DNA from: an uncultured Candidatus Saccharibacteria bacterium
GTDB lineage: Bacteria; Patescibacteriota; Doudnabacteria; UBA920
Direction of reading: 5' to 3'
DNA length: 64,000 nt
NCBI GenBank assembly: GCA_964453265.1
Contig: CAYVNU010000002.1
Location: forward strand, 40,619 to 104,618
Part shown: positions 1-8,433 of the stretch, piece by piece
How positions within the stretch are numbered: position 1 is the first letter of the stretch
Layout of the letters: every line of letters begins with the position of its first letter
The notes under the pieces: generated by a model
Told to the model about the DNA's origin: nothing
The model's input: only the letters and a program-made list of their open reading frames with translations
Database searches by the model: none
Made by a program: the position numbers and the translations under genes

Positions 1-166
1 CCATAAGCGTGTACAAAATAGTCCAAACTGGTCCAAAAACCCAGTTAGGTGGGCTAAAAAAAGGTTTTATAAGTCCTTTATACCAGGTTTGAATTGAATT
101 TCTGGTAAACAGCGCTCCAAAAATACCTGCCGCTTGGCACAAAACAATAAAAATAGCGTAAATCAT
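1..166 (-). CDS. TspO/MBR family protein (N-terminal part; the gene runs off the window start)
   Basis: The minus-strand translation from the ATG at 164-166 reads MIYAIFIVLCQAAGIFGALFTRNSIQTWYKGLIKPFFSPPNWVFGPVWTILYTLM. This carries the TspO signature L.KP..PP.W.F..VW..LY. Confidence 0.55.
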   Translation of the reverse strand, partial: MIYAIFIVLCQAAGIFGALFTRNSIQTWYKGLIKPFFSPPNWVFGPVWTILYTLM

Positions 167-183
167 AATAGTATAGTATTAAA

Positions 184-918
184 TTAAAAATCTTTTAGTA
201 TTTTCTCCAAAAAAGCATTCGCCCAGTTTTCATAACCTAAATCGCTTGGATGAAAATGGTCAGCCGCGTAGGTTTTTTTAAGGTCAGGATAGTTTTCCCA
301 GCCAAAGTCGTGAATATTTATTATTTTTAGCCTACCTGCTTCCAAACTTAAAATTTGTTTATTAATTTTACTGCTGCGGTATTCTAAAAACTTTCTGTAA
401 AACCAGGGCAGAATATCCGCATCGTCAAAGTGAGGAATATTAGTAATATAAATTTTGGCAGTAGTCTCTTCGGTCAATCTTTTTATTATTGTGCGGTAGT
501 TATTTAAAATATTATTAGAGCTTACTAAATGTGTAGCATCGTTTCCGCTAATTGATATTAAAACTATATCCGGCTTAAAAGCAATAATTTGCTCAAGCTG
601 ATGTTTTATTACATCACTAGTCTTATAACCTTTAACCGCAATATTTTTATATTCAATTGTATTTTTCGCAGACAAAGTTTGTGCGACTCTAAAAGCAAAA
701 GTTTTTTCGGTTTTACTTGCGCCCAAACCTAACCCCGCGCTGTCCCCTGCGACAATATACCGTAAATTCCGTCCTTGTCCAAAAGTCTTGTCAGATTGGT
801 CTATGGCAGGCAGGTTTGGTATTTGAACATATTTAATAGCAAATAAAACCAGTTCATAAGAAATGTAAAAAGCGATTAAATAAATTAATGTTTTTATCAT
901 ATTACTTAAGTATACCAA
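184..918 (-). CDS. SGNH/GDSL family hydrolase (lipase/acylesterase-like)
   Basis: Contains GDS block I (VAGDSAGLG), GxND block III (ISGNDATH) and DxxH block V (DHFHPSDLGY). Has an N-terminal TM/signal segment. Confidence 0.75.
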   Translation of the reverse strand: MVYLSNMIKTLIYLIAFYISYELVLFAIKYVQIPNLPAIDQSDKTFGQGRNLRYIVAGDSAGLGLGASKTEKTFAFRVAQTLSAKNTIEYKNIAVKGYKTSDVIKHQLEQIIAFKPDIVLISISGNDATHLVSSNNILNNYRTIIKRLTEETTAKIYITNIPHFDDADILPWFYRKFLEYRSSKINKQILSLEAGRLKIINIHDFGWENYPDLKKTYAADHFHPSDLGYENWANAFLEKILKDF

Positions 919-939
919 ATTTTAACCACTCCACCTACG

Positions 940-986
940 CCCCTCCTTCGCTAAAGCTTCGGCGGGCAAAGCAAGGCTTCGGCGGA
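940..986. repeat. Dispersed GC-rich repeat, copy R1 (cctccttcgctaaagcttcggcgg...)
   Basis: Shares cctccttcg(c/t)taaagcttcggcgg with copy R4, and gcttcggcgg (reverse-complemented) with copy R5. Confidence 0.45.
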
Positions 987-1020
987 TTATTCGCTATAAT
1001 TATTAAAATAATGAGAATAA

Positions 1021-1055
1021 AAAATCCCGCCCCCTTTACGGGGACGGGGTTTTTA
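1021..1055 (-). terminator. Rho-independent terminator downstream of the cold-shock gene
   Basis: GC-rich hairpin cccgccccctttacggggacggg, flanked by an A-run on one side and a T-run on the other. Confidence 0.5.
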
Positions 1056-1064
1056 AAAGCAAAA

Positions 1065-1262
1065 CTATGCTCTTTGTACGTTAACTGCGTTAGGACCCTT
1101 AGGAGATTCTTCAACCTCAAAAGATACGGTGTCGCCTTCGTTAAGTTCTTCGAAAGTTACACCGACTAAGGACTTACTGTGAAAAAATAAGTCTTTGTCT
1201 TGTCCAGCTACAGTAATAAAACCAAAACCTTTATCGGTTTTCTTTTTGATTACACCAGTCAT
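1065..1262 (-). CDS. cspA: Cold-shock protein (CspA family, S1-like cold-shock domain)
   Basis: 65 aa containing KGFGFI and the FFH motif, which are RNP1/RNP2-like. Confidence 0.9.
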   Translation of the reverse strand: MTGVIKKKTDKGFGFITVAGQDKDLFFHSKSLVGVTFEELNEGDTVSFEVEESPKGPNAVNVQRA

Positions 1263-1319
1263 GGAAGTTTAAATTTAGTTATTTAAGTGCAAAATTTGCA
1301 CCGCCTGTTAAGGCAAAGT

Positions 1320-1395
1320 GTGTACCCCGTTAGAAGTCCGGTGTCTTTAAGACACCGACAGACGCCTTTTGGGCGTCTTACTTCTAACCGGGTGA
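1320..1395 (-). promoter_or_regulatory. Structured leader upstream of csp: a three-way junction with a long closing stem and two internal hairpins
   Basis: Closing stem ccgttagaagt / acttctaacgg. It encloses hairpins cggtgtctttaagacaccg and gacgccttttgggcgtc. The element lies 65-130 nt upstream of the csp ATG. Confidence 0.3.
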
Positions 1396-1495
1396 ATATG
1401 TTAGTGAAATTCGACTAGATTTGTGACATAAATGTTTGCCCACTAAGTATGACACATTACTGGGGTTTTGTATAGGGGCAAATATTTAGTAAAAT

Positions 1496-2062
1496 TTACA
1501 GAATTTCTTTTAACAGCTCGCTAATTCCGCTCTTTTTCTCGGCTGAAACCGGCATGACTTTAACTTTACCGGCCTGTTCTTGAATGTTCTTTAGTTGTTT
1601 TTGCAGTTGTGAACTTTTTATTTTATCTATTTTATTTGCAGCTATTATTACGTTTTTATTTTCCTGATTAAGACTGTATAGCATTTGCATGTCTGTATTA
1701 GTTAAACCAATTTCAGCATCTATAATCATTACTACTTTTTTTTGTTCGTAAATTGGGTTAAATAAATACCAATGAATTAAATTTTGAAGTTTTTCCTGTG
1801 TTTCCTTGGAAGCTTTGGCAAAACCATACCCCGGCAAATCGACAAAATACAACTCCTTGTTTATCAAAAAAATATTAATTTCCTGGGTTCTGCCGGGAAA
1901 CGAACTAGTTTTTGCTAAGTTTTTGTTGCCTGTCAGCACATTAATCAAACTAGATTTACCGGCGTTAGATCTTCCTATAAAAGCAATTTGAGGTTTTGTA
2001 TCGTTTAAAATTTCATCGTCTTCAACAACACCCTTTATAAATTGAGCGGATTTTATATTCAT
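1496..2062 (-). CDS. engB: Ribosome biogenesis GTPase EngB/YihA (YsxC)
   Basis: G1 motif GRSNAGKSS, G3 motif DLPGYG and G4 motif NKID. Confidence 0.85.
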   Translation of the reverse strand: MNIKSAQFIKGVVEDDEILNDTKPQIAFIGRSNAGKSSLINVLTGNKNLAKTSSFPGRTQEINIFLINKELYFVDLPGYGFAKASKETQEKLQNLIHWYLFNPIYEQKKVVMIIDAEIGLTNTDMQMLYSLNQENKNVIIAANKIDKIKSSQLQKQLKNIQEQAGKVKVMPVSAEKKSGISELLKEIL

Positions 2063-2107
2063 AGTTTAAAGTATAACAAATTCTAGGCATTTTGCCGATT
2101 AAATGTT

Positions 2108-2133
2108 AAAGGCTCAACATAGGTTGAGCCTTT
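2108..2133 (-). terminator. Terminator hairpin
   Basis: aaaggctcaac-ata-ggttgagccttt, a perfect 11-bp stem. Confidence 0.45.
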
Positions 2134-2159
2134 AACTATAACTTAATCTATTTAAACAA

Positions 2160-2879
2160 TTACGGGCAAGCAAGAGCCGCTCGGCATTCAGCTTTTACGT
2201 TACCGGATAAATTTTCGCATGCCAAACACTGTACGCTTTTATTTGCCGAAGGACTCGAGGCTTCGGAAGGCGCAGTAGTTTGAGTACTGCCGGAAGTTTT
2301 AACCTGTGTATTTGATTTATAGGTATTCATAATGGCAGTATAATCTGTAAATTTTATATTGCTCGGTATTAAAAATACGCTTGAATCTTCACTCCAATCT
2401 GAACACTTGTATTCATGTTTAGCATTTATATCAAATGCTGCCATAGTATTCTGGTCAGGCAATTTTTGATTGTTGGCATTTTGCTCTAGTGACATTTTAA
2501 ATGCCATTTGATTACTGCCTTCTACCCAAATATATTGGTTTGTGCCGTCATTTATTATGTGGGTAGTTTGACTTTTTCCATTTACATTTGAATTCACATC
2601 GGCGCGCATTTTACCGCCACCAACATATACTTGTGTTTGGCTGCTGGTATTTTCATTATGATATACAACTTCGCATTTTTGACTCCCCTTTAAAGCAAGC
2701 TCTTTTAAAGATAGATTGGAGTTCGTCATACTGCCTTTAATGTCTAAAGAATATTCCTTTGCTTCTTTATGTTTGAAATACCAGCCTAACCCGGCTAAAA
2801 TAACCACAATTAAAATCGCAATTACAATATTTTTTCCTCTGCCGCTTGCCGGCTTTGGCATTTGTTCGTTTGTTTCCAT
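2160..2879 (-). CDS. Hypothetical membrane-anchored secreted protein with a Cys-rich C-terminus
   Basis: N-terminal TM helix, a Ser/Thr/Asn-rich body, and four Cys in the last 25 aa. Confidence 0.55.
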   Translation of the reverse strand: METNEQMPKPASGRGKNIVIAILIVVILAGLGWYFKHKEAKEYSLDIKGSMTNSNLSLKELALKGSQKCEVVYHNENTSSQTQVYVGGGKMRADVNSNVNGKSQTTHIINDGTNQYIWVEGSNQMAFKMSLEQNANNQKLPDQNTMAAFDINAKHEYKCSDWSEDSSVFLIPSNIKFTDYTAIMNTYKSNTQVKTSGSTQTTAPSEASSPSANKSVQCLACENLSGNVKAECRAALACP

Positions 2880-3060
2880 AATATTATTTTAATAATTGAT
2901 TTATTAAAAATAGCAAAATAATTAATTTTAGACAATGAAAGCTTCTAAATAAAAAAGGGCAGCGGGGTTACTGCCCAAAAATTCCGCATTGCAGTCCGCC
3001 TTCTAAGGTTCGCCTGCAATGGAGTTCTGGGTGCAAACTGCACACCAAGTAGTTGGTGCG

Positions 3061-3249
3061 TCAGCCAGGCACCCAAATTAAAATTCCCCTGTATATTTCT
3101 AACTCCTCGCATACCGGGCACCCATCGCCCGGTTTATACCCATATGGTATTTCGCCGGACGGAACCGGCTTGCCATATGTTGCAAAAAGAACATCCTCCT
3201 CTTCAAGCCACTGCTGGAAAACCAGCAGGGTGGCTTCATTATGAGTCAT
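3061..3249 (-). CDS. Hypothetical small protein (62 aa)
   Basis: The ORF sits in a local GC-rich patch and a plus-strand ORF overlaps it. It has a CPVC pair. This is a weak call. Confidence 0.3.
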   Translation of the reverse strand: MTHNEATLLVFQQWLEEEDVLFATYGKPVPSGEIPYGYKPGDGCPVCEELEIYRGILIWVPG

Positions 3250-3287
3250 TTAGATATGTTAGCATATTTTATGAAATGTTTTAAAAT

Positions 3288-3318
3288 AAAAAAAACGCCA
3301 CTTTTGTAGGCGTTTTTT
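3288..3318 (-). terminator. Terminator hairpin
   Basis: aaaacgccacttttgtaggcgtttt, flanked by A and T runs. Confidence 0.5.
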
Positions 3319-3319
3319 A

Positions 3320-3646
3320 CTAGTTTAACTCAGGTTTTTTTGTGTATCCTGAAACAAGACCTATTCTTCTTAAAGTCCAACTGGTAATGAGCTCGGTTAA
3401 GCCTTTGCCTGCAGCTGAATTTTGCAAAGCTTTTTCAACATCTGCAAGGAAACTTTCAGGGTCTAATACGTGTAATTCAGCCAGTAAGCTTTGAGCGGCA
3501 TCACCGTGTATTAACAAAAAGCCAAATGAACTATCGGAATCTGTGTCCATATTTTCCCGAACACATTCAAGGAACAAATCTTCTAATTCTTCCAACAACC
3601 TCATTTTCTTCATTTCTTTTGGCTCTTCGCCATATTCTCCACTCAT
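3320..3646 (-). CDS. Hypothetical acidic protein (108 aa)
   Basis: The ORF has a coherent frame. No motif was recognised. Confidence 0.5.
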   Translation of the reverse strand: MSGEYGEEPKEMKKMRLLEELEDLFLECVRENMDTDSDSSFGFLLIHGDAAQSLLAELHVLDPESFLADVEKALQNSAAGKGLTELITSWTLRRIGLVSGYTKKPELN

Positions 3647-3681
3647 AATTGTTTTAAATTTATTTACACATTATTCCAAGT

Positions 3682-3873
3682 TTACTTGTTTTTAAAAGTT
3701 TTATTTAACCAAAACAATACAAGTAAGAATATAATTAATACCAATGCGCGTATTGGATGTAATTTAAGTTCAGACCAAAGCATGGAAATTATTAAACTTA
3801 AAAAGCTCCAAAAAAACTGCCAGGCATTAATTACTACATTTTTGATTAATTCCCAAAAATTTATTTTCGGCAT
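3682..3873 (-). CDS. Hypothetical small membrane protein (63 aa, two TM segments)
   Basis: Hydrophobic segments. An antisense ORF overlaps it. Confidence 0.4.
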   Translation of the reverse strand: MPKINFWELIKNVVINAWQFFWSFLSLIISMLWSELKLHPIRALVLIIFLLVLFWLNKTFKNK

Positions 3874-3957
3874 ATTAAATCTTCATCTTTAATCCTTTAT
3901 TCATATAAGTTAGTTAACTTTAAACTAACGGGTCATGTCCCCATTTTTCATTTTAAA

Positions 3958-4731
3958 TTATAAAAAAAATACTTCGATGAAGACAAACATTACCAGAGAA
4001 GAAATAATAATTGAAGATAAGGACCAGCGCAGTAACCATGGTTTCATTGGTTGATGACTCAGTTCGGTTTTAATTAGCTCGTATATGGTTTTAAGACCGT
4101 CACTATTTTTACTATCTGAAATTAATACAATATGCCTATATTTTCTATAACTATAGATTTGATTTGCTAAGCCTTTGAGTTTTGGATCTAATCTGGAAAC
4201 CTCTCTTTCAAAATCTTCAAAACTAACTTTATCGTCACTAGCTTTATTTTCAAGCGACTTTTGAATTAGCATACTATCCACTGGGTTTGAGTCTAATATT
4301 TTATTTTCTGAGGCAACTATCTCATTATACTGTTCTATTTTCTGATGTAAAATAGAAATTTTTTTTATGAGTTTATCGGAAATTAAGCTGATTCCTCCTA
4401 TACCGCCACGCATTCTTTTTGTAAGTTCTTTCGTTGCATCGCTAGGCACGGGCTTCCACTGATAAATTGGTAAATAAGACTTTTTATCATGGAAGCCTTG
4501 TTCTGAGTACTCACCTTCAACCCATTCTGCTATTTCATCCCGTAAATTCTTAAGCAAACTTAAGATGGAGTCAAATTCTTTCTTCACTGGATATTGGTAA
4601 GCCAAAAAAGCAAGAATTATTGCCGAGTAGGTCAGCACGTCGCCACTTTTAATGGGTATTGCCACCAATAGGTCTCTTAGCAGCTTTAATAGATGACCTA
4701 AGTAATTAATAATGAAATTAATGTGAGACAT
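3958..4731 (-). CDS. Hypothetical membrane protein (TM at both ends, coiled-coil middle)
   Basis: 257-aa ORF with N- and C-terminal hydrophobic helices. Confidence 0.55.
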   Translation of the reverse strand: MSHINFIINYLGHLLKLLRDLLVAIPIKSGDVLTYSAIILAFLAYQYPVKKEFDSILSLLKNLRDEIAEWVEGEYSEQGFHDKKSYLPIYQWKPVPSDATKELTKRMRGGIGGISLISDKLIKKISILHQKIEQYNEIVASENKILDSNPVDSMLIQKSLENKASDDKVSFEDFEREVSRLDPKLKGLANQIYSYRKYRHIVLISDSKNSDGLKTIYELIKTELSHQPMKPWLLRWSLSSIIISSLVMFVFIEVFFL

Positions 4732-4795
4732 ACTATTTCTTTAATACCGCCAAAAACGCTTCTTGCCCGTTCGACAGACTCAGGGCAGTCGGCTT

Positions 4796-6622
4796 TTACT
4801 TCTTAAGAACAGCTAGGAAAGCTTCTTGGGGGATTTCGACGCGGCCGATTTGCTTCATACGTTTTTTACCCTTTTTTTGCTTGTTTAGGAGCTTCATTTT
4901 TCTAGTTACGTCACCGCCGTATAGGTAGCCGGTTACGTCTTTACGTAGGGCTGAAATAGTTTCGCGGGCTATTATTTTGCCGCCAATGGCTGCTTGAATT
5001 GCTATTTCAAATTGGTGTTTTGGAATTAACTGCTTTAATTTATCTACTAATTCTTTACCATCGTTAGCTGCGGTAGACCTATGCATTATGGCAGAAAGCG
5101 CAGCAACGGGTTCGCCGGCTACTAAAACGTCTACTTTAACCAAGTCCCCAATTCTTTCTTCTATAAATTCATAATTAAGAGATGCATAACCGGAAGAGAC
5201 TGATTTTAGTTTATCGTAAAAGTCTATAATAATATTGGAAAGTGGCATTTCAAAAGACATGTCTACACGACTAGAGCCAATGTATTTTATGTCTTTGCTT
5301 ACAGCGCGACGCTGGTTGGCAATTTCCATTATAGGACCTATATATTCACTGGGGGTTAAAATATTTACAGTCATCCACGGTTCCCAAATATTTTTTATAA
5401 CGCTGGGGTCGGGCATTTCGGCGGGGTTATGAATATAAAATTCTTTAGCATCGGTTTTTTCTATACGGTACGCAACACTTGGCGCAGTTAAAATTAAATC
5501 AAGATTGTATTCACGGGTCAAACGCTCCTGCACAATATCCATATGAAGAAGACCTAAAAATCCCGTGCGGAAACCAAAGCCAATAGAAGGGATGTTTATA
5601 GGTTCGAATTCTAAAGCCGCATCGGAAAGTTTTAATTTACCCATACCTTCTCTTAAAACCGGGTAATCGTCGCCGGAGACCGGAAAAATTGTCGCGTAAA
5701 CCATGGGCTTTACATGTTTATATCCTGGTAAAGCCTTTGCCTGCGATTTATCTTCAATCAAAGTTATTGTGTCACCTACTCTGGCCTTACTAACATCACG
5801 AAGCCCCGTAACAATATACCCCACTTCACCAACCAAAATTTTATCAGAACGTTCCATTTTTGGTTTAAAGTAGCCTATTTCCAATGTCTCACTTTCTGTA
5901 TCACTACCAATCATATAAATTTTTTTCCTTGGAAAAAGTTCGCCGTCAAAAACGCGAACGTAAGCTACTACGCCGCGGTGAATGTCGTATATAGAGTCAA
6001 AAATCAAAGCTGTAACCGGCTTTTTAGGGTCGCCTTTAGGAGCCGGCACTCTTTTTATAACTTCTTTTATAATATTTTCTACGCCTTCACCGGTTTTACC
6101 GCTAGCATACAAAATTTCTTCGTCTGTAAAACCAAAAGCTGATTTTAATTCTTCGGCAGTTTTTTTACGGTCAGAGTTTGGCAAATCTATTTTATTTACT
6201 ACTGGGATAATGGTTAAGTCATGTTCCAAAGCCAAATAAACATTTGCCAAAGTTTGCGCCTCAATACCCTGTGTGCTGTCTACGACTAAAATAGCGCCTT
6301 CACAACAAGCGAGTGAGCGTGATACTTCGTAAGTGAAGTCTACGTGGCCCGGGGTATCAATAAGGTTTAATATATAAGATTTATGATTTAAAATTTCAGG
6401 CACATCACCTAAATTATCATCCAGTTCATAATCCATGCGAACCGGTTGTAATTTGATGGTAATACCTCTTTCGCGTTCTAAATCCATTTGATCCAACAGC
6501 TGGGCTTTCATTTCTCGCATTTGCACAGTTTTAGTAATTTCCAAAAGCCTGTCCGCGAGAGTGCTTTTCCCGTGATCTATATGAGCTATTATACAAAAGT
6601 TACGAATATTTTCTTGAGACAT
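4796..6622 (-). CDS. lepA: Elongation factor 4 (LepA)
   Basis: G1 motif AHIDHGKST, G3 motif DTPGHVDF, G4 motif NKID, and full-length similarity to EF4. Confidence 0.95.
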   Translation of the reverse strand: MSQENIRNFCIIAHIDHGKSTLADRLLEITKTVQMREMKAQLLDQMDLERERGITIKLQPVRMDYELDDNLGDVPEILNHKSYILNLIDTPGHVDFTYEVSRSLACCEGAILVVDSTQGIEAQTLANVYLALEHDLTIIPVVNKIDLPNSDRKKTAEELKSAFGFTDEEILYASGKTGEGVENIIKEVIKRVPAPKGDPKKPVTALIFDSIYDIHRGVVAYVRVFDGELFPRKKIYMIGSDTESETLEIGYFKPKMERSDKILVGEVGYIVTGLRDVSKARVGDTITLIEDKSQAKALPGYKHVKPMVYATIFPVSGDDYPVLREGMGKLKLSDAALEFEPINIPSIGFGFRTGFLGLLHMDIVQERLTREYNLDLILTAPSVAYRIEKTDAKEFYIHNPAEMPDPSVIKNIWEPWMTVNILTPSEYIGPIMEIANQRRAVSKDIKYIGSSRVDMSFEMPLSNIIIDFYDKLKSVSSGYASLNYEFIEERIGDLVKVDVLVAGEPVAALSAIMHRSTAANDGKELVDKLKQLIPKHQFEIAIQAAIGGKIIARETISALRKDVTGYLYGGDVTRKMKLLNKQKKGKKRMKQIGRVEIPQEAFLAVLKK

Positions 6623-6692
6623 TTAATTTAGAAAACTTAGACAAATATTTTATGATATTTAGCAATTTATTTAGACTAACAAATAACCATTC

Positions 6693-6732
6693 TCTCCTCC
6701 GTCATTGCGAGTATAGCCAAAACAATCTATAT
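6693..6732. repeat. Dispersed GC-rich repeat, copy R2 (ctcctccgtcattgcgag...caatctatat)
   Basis: Shares cgtcattgcgag and caatctatat with R5, and ctcctcc(g/t)tc with R4. Confidence 0.45.
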
Positions 6733-6819
6733 TTTTCCCGAATCTCCAAGCCCTTAGCTGAATTTTAATAATCTCCTCACATTAGTTCGTTTAGAAGCTA
6801 TATTCTACCAAAACTAAAG

Positions 6820-8433
6820 CTATTTGTCATATATTAAGCCCAAGGTTTTTTTAAGAAATTTTAAAACACTTTCCGCATTTTTGAGCTTTAATATTATGGC
6901 AAAAATGAAAAATCCCGCAAAGCCAAACAGACTGGCAGTACTAAATTGAATTAAAATACCTATACCAGTTTTAGTATTTAAAAATGGAGCAGATAGATAT
7001 AGAAAAATGTAACCTAAAAGACCACCAACTATACTTGAAAGCAATAGTTTTGCCAAAAAATCTGACAAATTTTTGTCAAAAACCCAATCAGACTTATTTG
7101 GTGAATAATCTTGTAACATGCTTTGTCTCAATAAAACAAACAAAATTCCTGCGTTTAGTATACTTGCAATTACAAAAGCTACGGCAATTCCAATGACTCC
7201 CAATTTAGGCGCCAGATACCATGCAAAAAAAATATTAAGAGCCATACAAATTAAACCAATAATAACCGGTGTTTTAGTATTTTGTCGTGCATAAAACGCT
7301 CTGGACAAAAGAGGTAAAATTGATTGACTAAATAAACCAAAACAAAAAACACCTAAAGTCTGAAAAGTTAAAATGGTATCTTCCCAATTAAAATTGCCGG
7401 CGCCATAGACAAGTCTAACAATATAAGCCCTAAAAATTAAAATAAAAATTGAAATAGGAATTACAAAAAATAAAATTTGCATAAGACTGTTGTAAAAATT
7501 TTCAGCATACTCTCTAAAATTATTTTTCGCATAACTTTCAGACATGCTGGGGAAAATTGCCATGGCAGTTGAAACACCAAAAATCCCTGTTGGTACTGCC
7601 TGTAAATTGTTAGCCAAATTTAAAATCGCAATAGAACCAGAGTTCAAATATGAGCCCACAATCGACCCTATTAACAAACTTAGTTGTGAAGTATCTACGC
7701 CAAATATTCTTGGGAAAAAAAGTTTTCCAATTTTTTTAACTGCGGGATCTCGCAAATCTAACTCAAAAGAAAATTTATAGCCTGTCGCCGCGTTTTCAAT
7801 AATTTGCGCAAATAAATGTAAAAAAGCGCCGAGTATTACTCCAAAACCTAAACCGTTTAAACCGTATTTGGGAAATAAAACTAAAATTCCAAAAACAATT
7901 CCTCCATTATAGAGAATTGGAGCAAGACTGGAAACTAAAAATCTTTTTTTCGCGTTGAGCATGCTGCCAAAAAAATTCGATAAAGTAAAAATTATTGGCG
8001 AAAGCAAAAATATTTTAGTAAGACTAATAGTGTCTGTTAATTTCTGACCGTTAAATCCCGGAACCATTAACTTAGTAAGCCAATGTGCGTTAAAATAGAG
8101 CGCAATACAAATTACAGACATCGACAAAAACGAAAAGCTTAAAATTGTATTAGCAATTTTATCCGCTCTGTTTTTATCTTTATTTAGCCACTCTGTAAAA
8201 ACGGGGATAAAAGCTGCTGAAAGAGTGCCTAGAATAAGTAAATTAAAAATAAAGTCCGGAAGTCTAAAAGCAGCATAATAGCTGTCTAACGTATCACCTG
8301 CGCCAAAGCGGCTGGCCAATAGCCTGTCTCTTAACAAACCCACAAACCTAGAAACTAACGCGAAAAAACCGACTATAAAGGCGGCTTTAGTTAGAGAAAA
8401 ATTAGATTCCCAGTTTCTTATTTTATTTATCAT
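6820..8433 (-). CDS. murJ: Lipid II flippase MurJ (MviN)
   Basis: The N-terminus RFVGLLRDRLLASRFGAGDTLDSYYAAFRLPD is typical of MurJ. The protein is 537 aa and polytopic. Confidence 0.9.
   Translation of the reverse strand: MINKIRNWESNFSLTKAAFIVGFFALVSRFVGLLRDRLLASRFGAGDTLDSYYAAFRLPDFIFNLLILGTLSAAFIPVFTEWLNKDKNRADKIANTILSFSFLSMSVICIALYFNAHWLTKLMVPGFNGQKLTDTISLTKIFLLSPIIFTLSNFFGSMLNAKKRFLVSSLAPILYNGGIVFGILVLFPKYGLNGLGFGVILGAFLHLFAQIIENAATGYKFSFELDLRDPAVKKIGKLFFPRIFGVDTSQLSLLIGSIVGSYLNSGSIAILNLANNLQAVPTGIFGVSTAMAIFPSMSESYAKNNFREYAENFYNSLMQILFFVIPISIFILIFRAYIVRLVYGAGNFNWEDTILTFQTLGVFCFGLFSQSILPLLSRAFYARQNTKTPVIIGLICMALNIFFAWYLAPKLGVIGIAVAFVIASILNAGILFVLLRQSMLQDYSPNKSDWVFDKNLSDFLAKLLLSSIVGGLLGYIFLYLSAPFLNTKTGIGILIQFSTASLFGFAGFFIFAIILKLKNAESVLKFLKKTLGLIYDK

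Noticed and set aside
888-1169. ORFs 888..1169(+) and 935..1120(-)
   Set aside because: Both overlap the GC-rich dispersed repeat and the csp terminator hairpin and are antisense to each other. Their compositions are low-complexity. I treat them as spurious.
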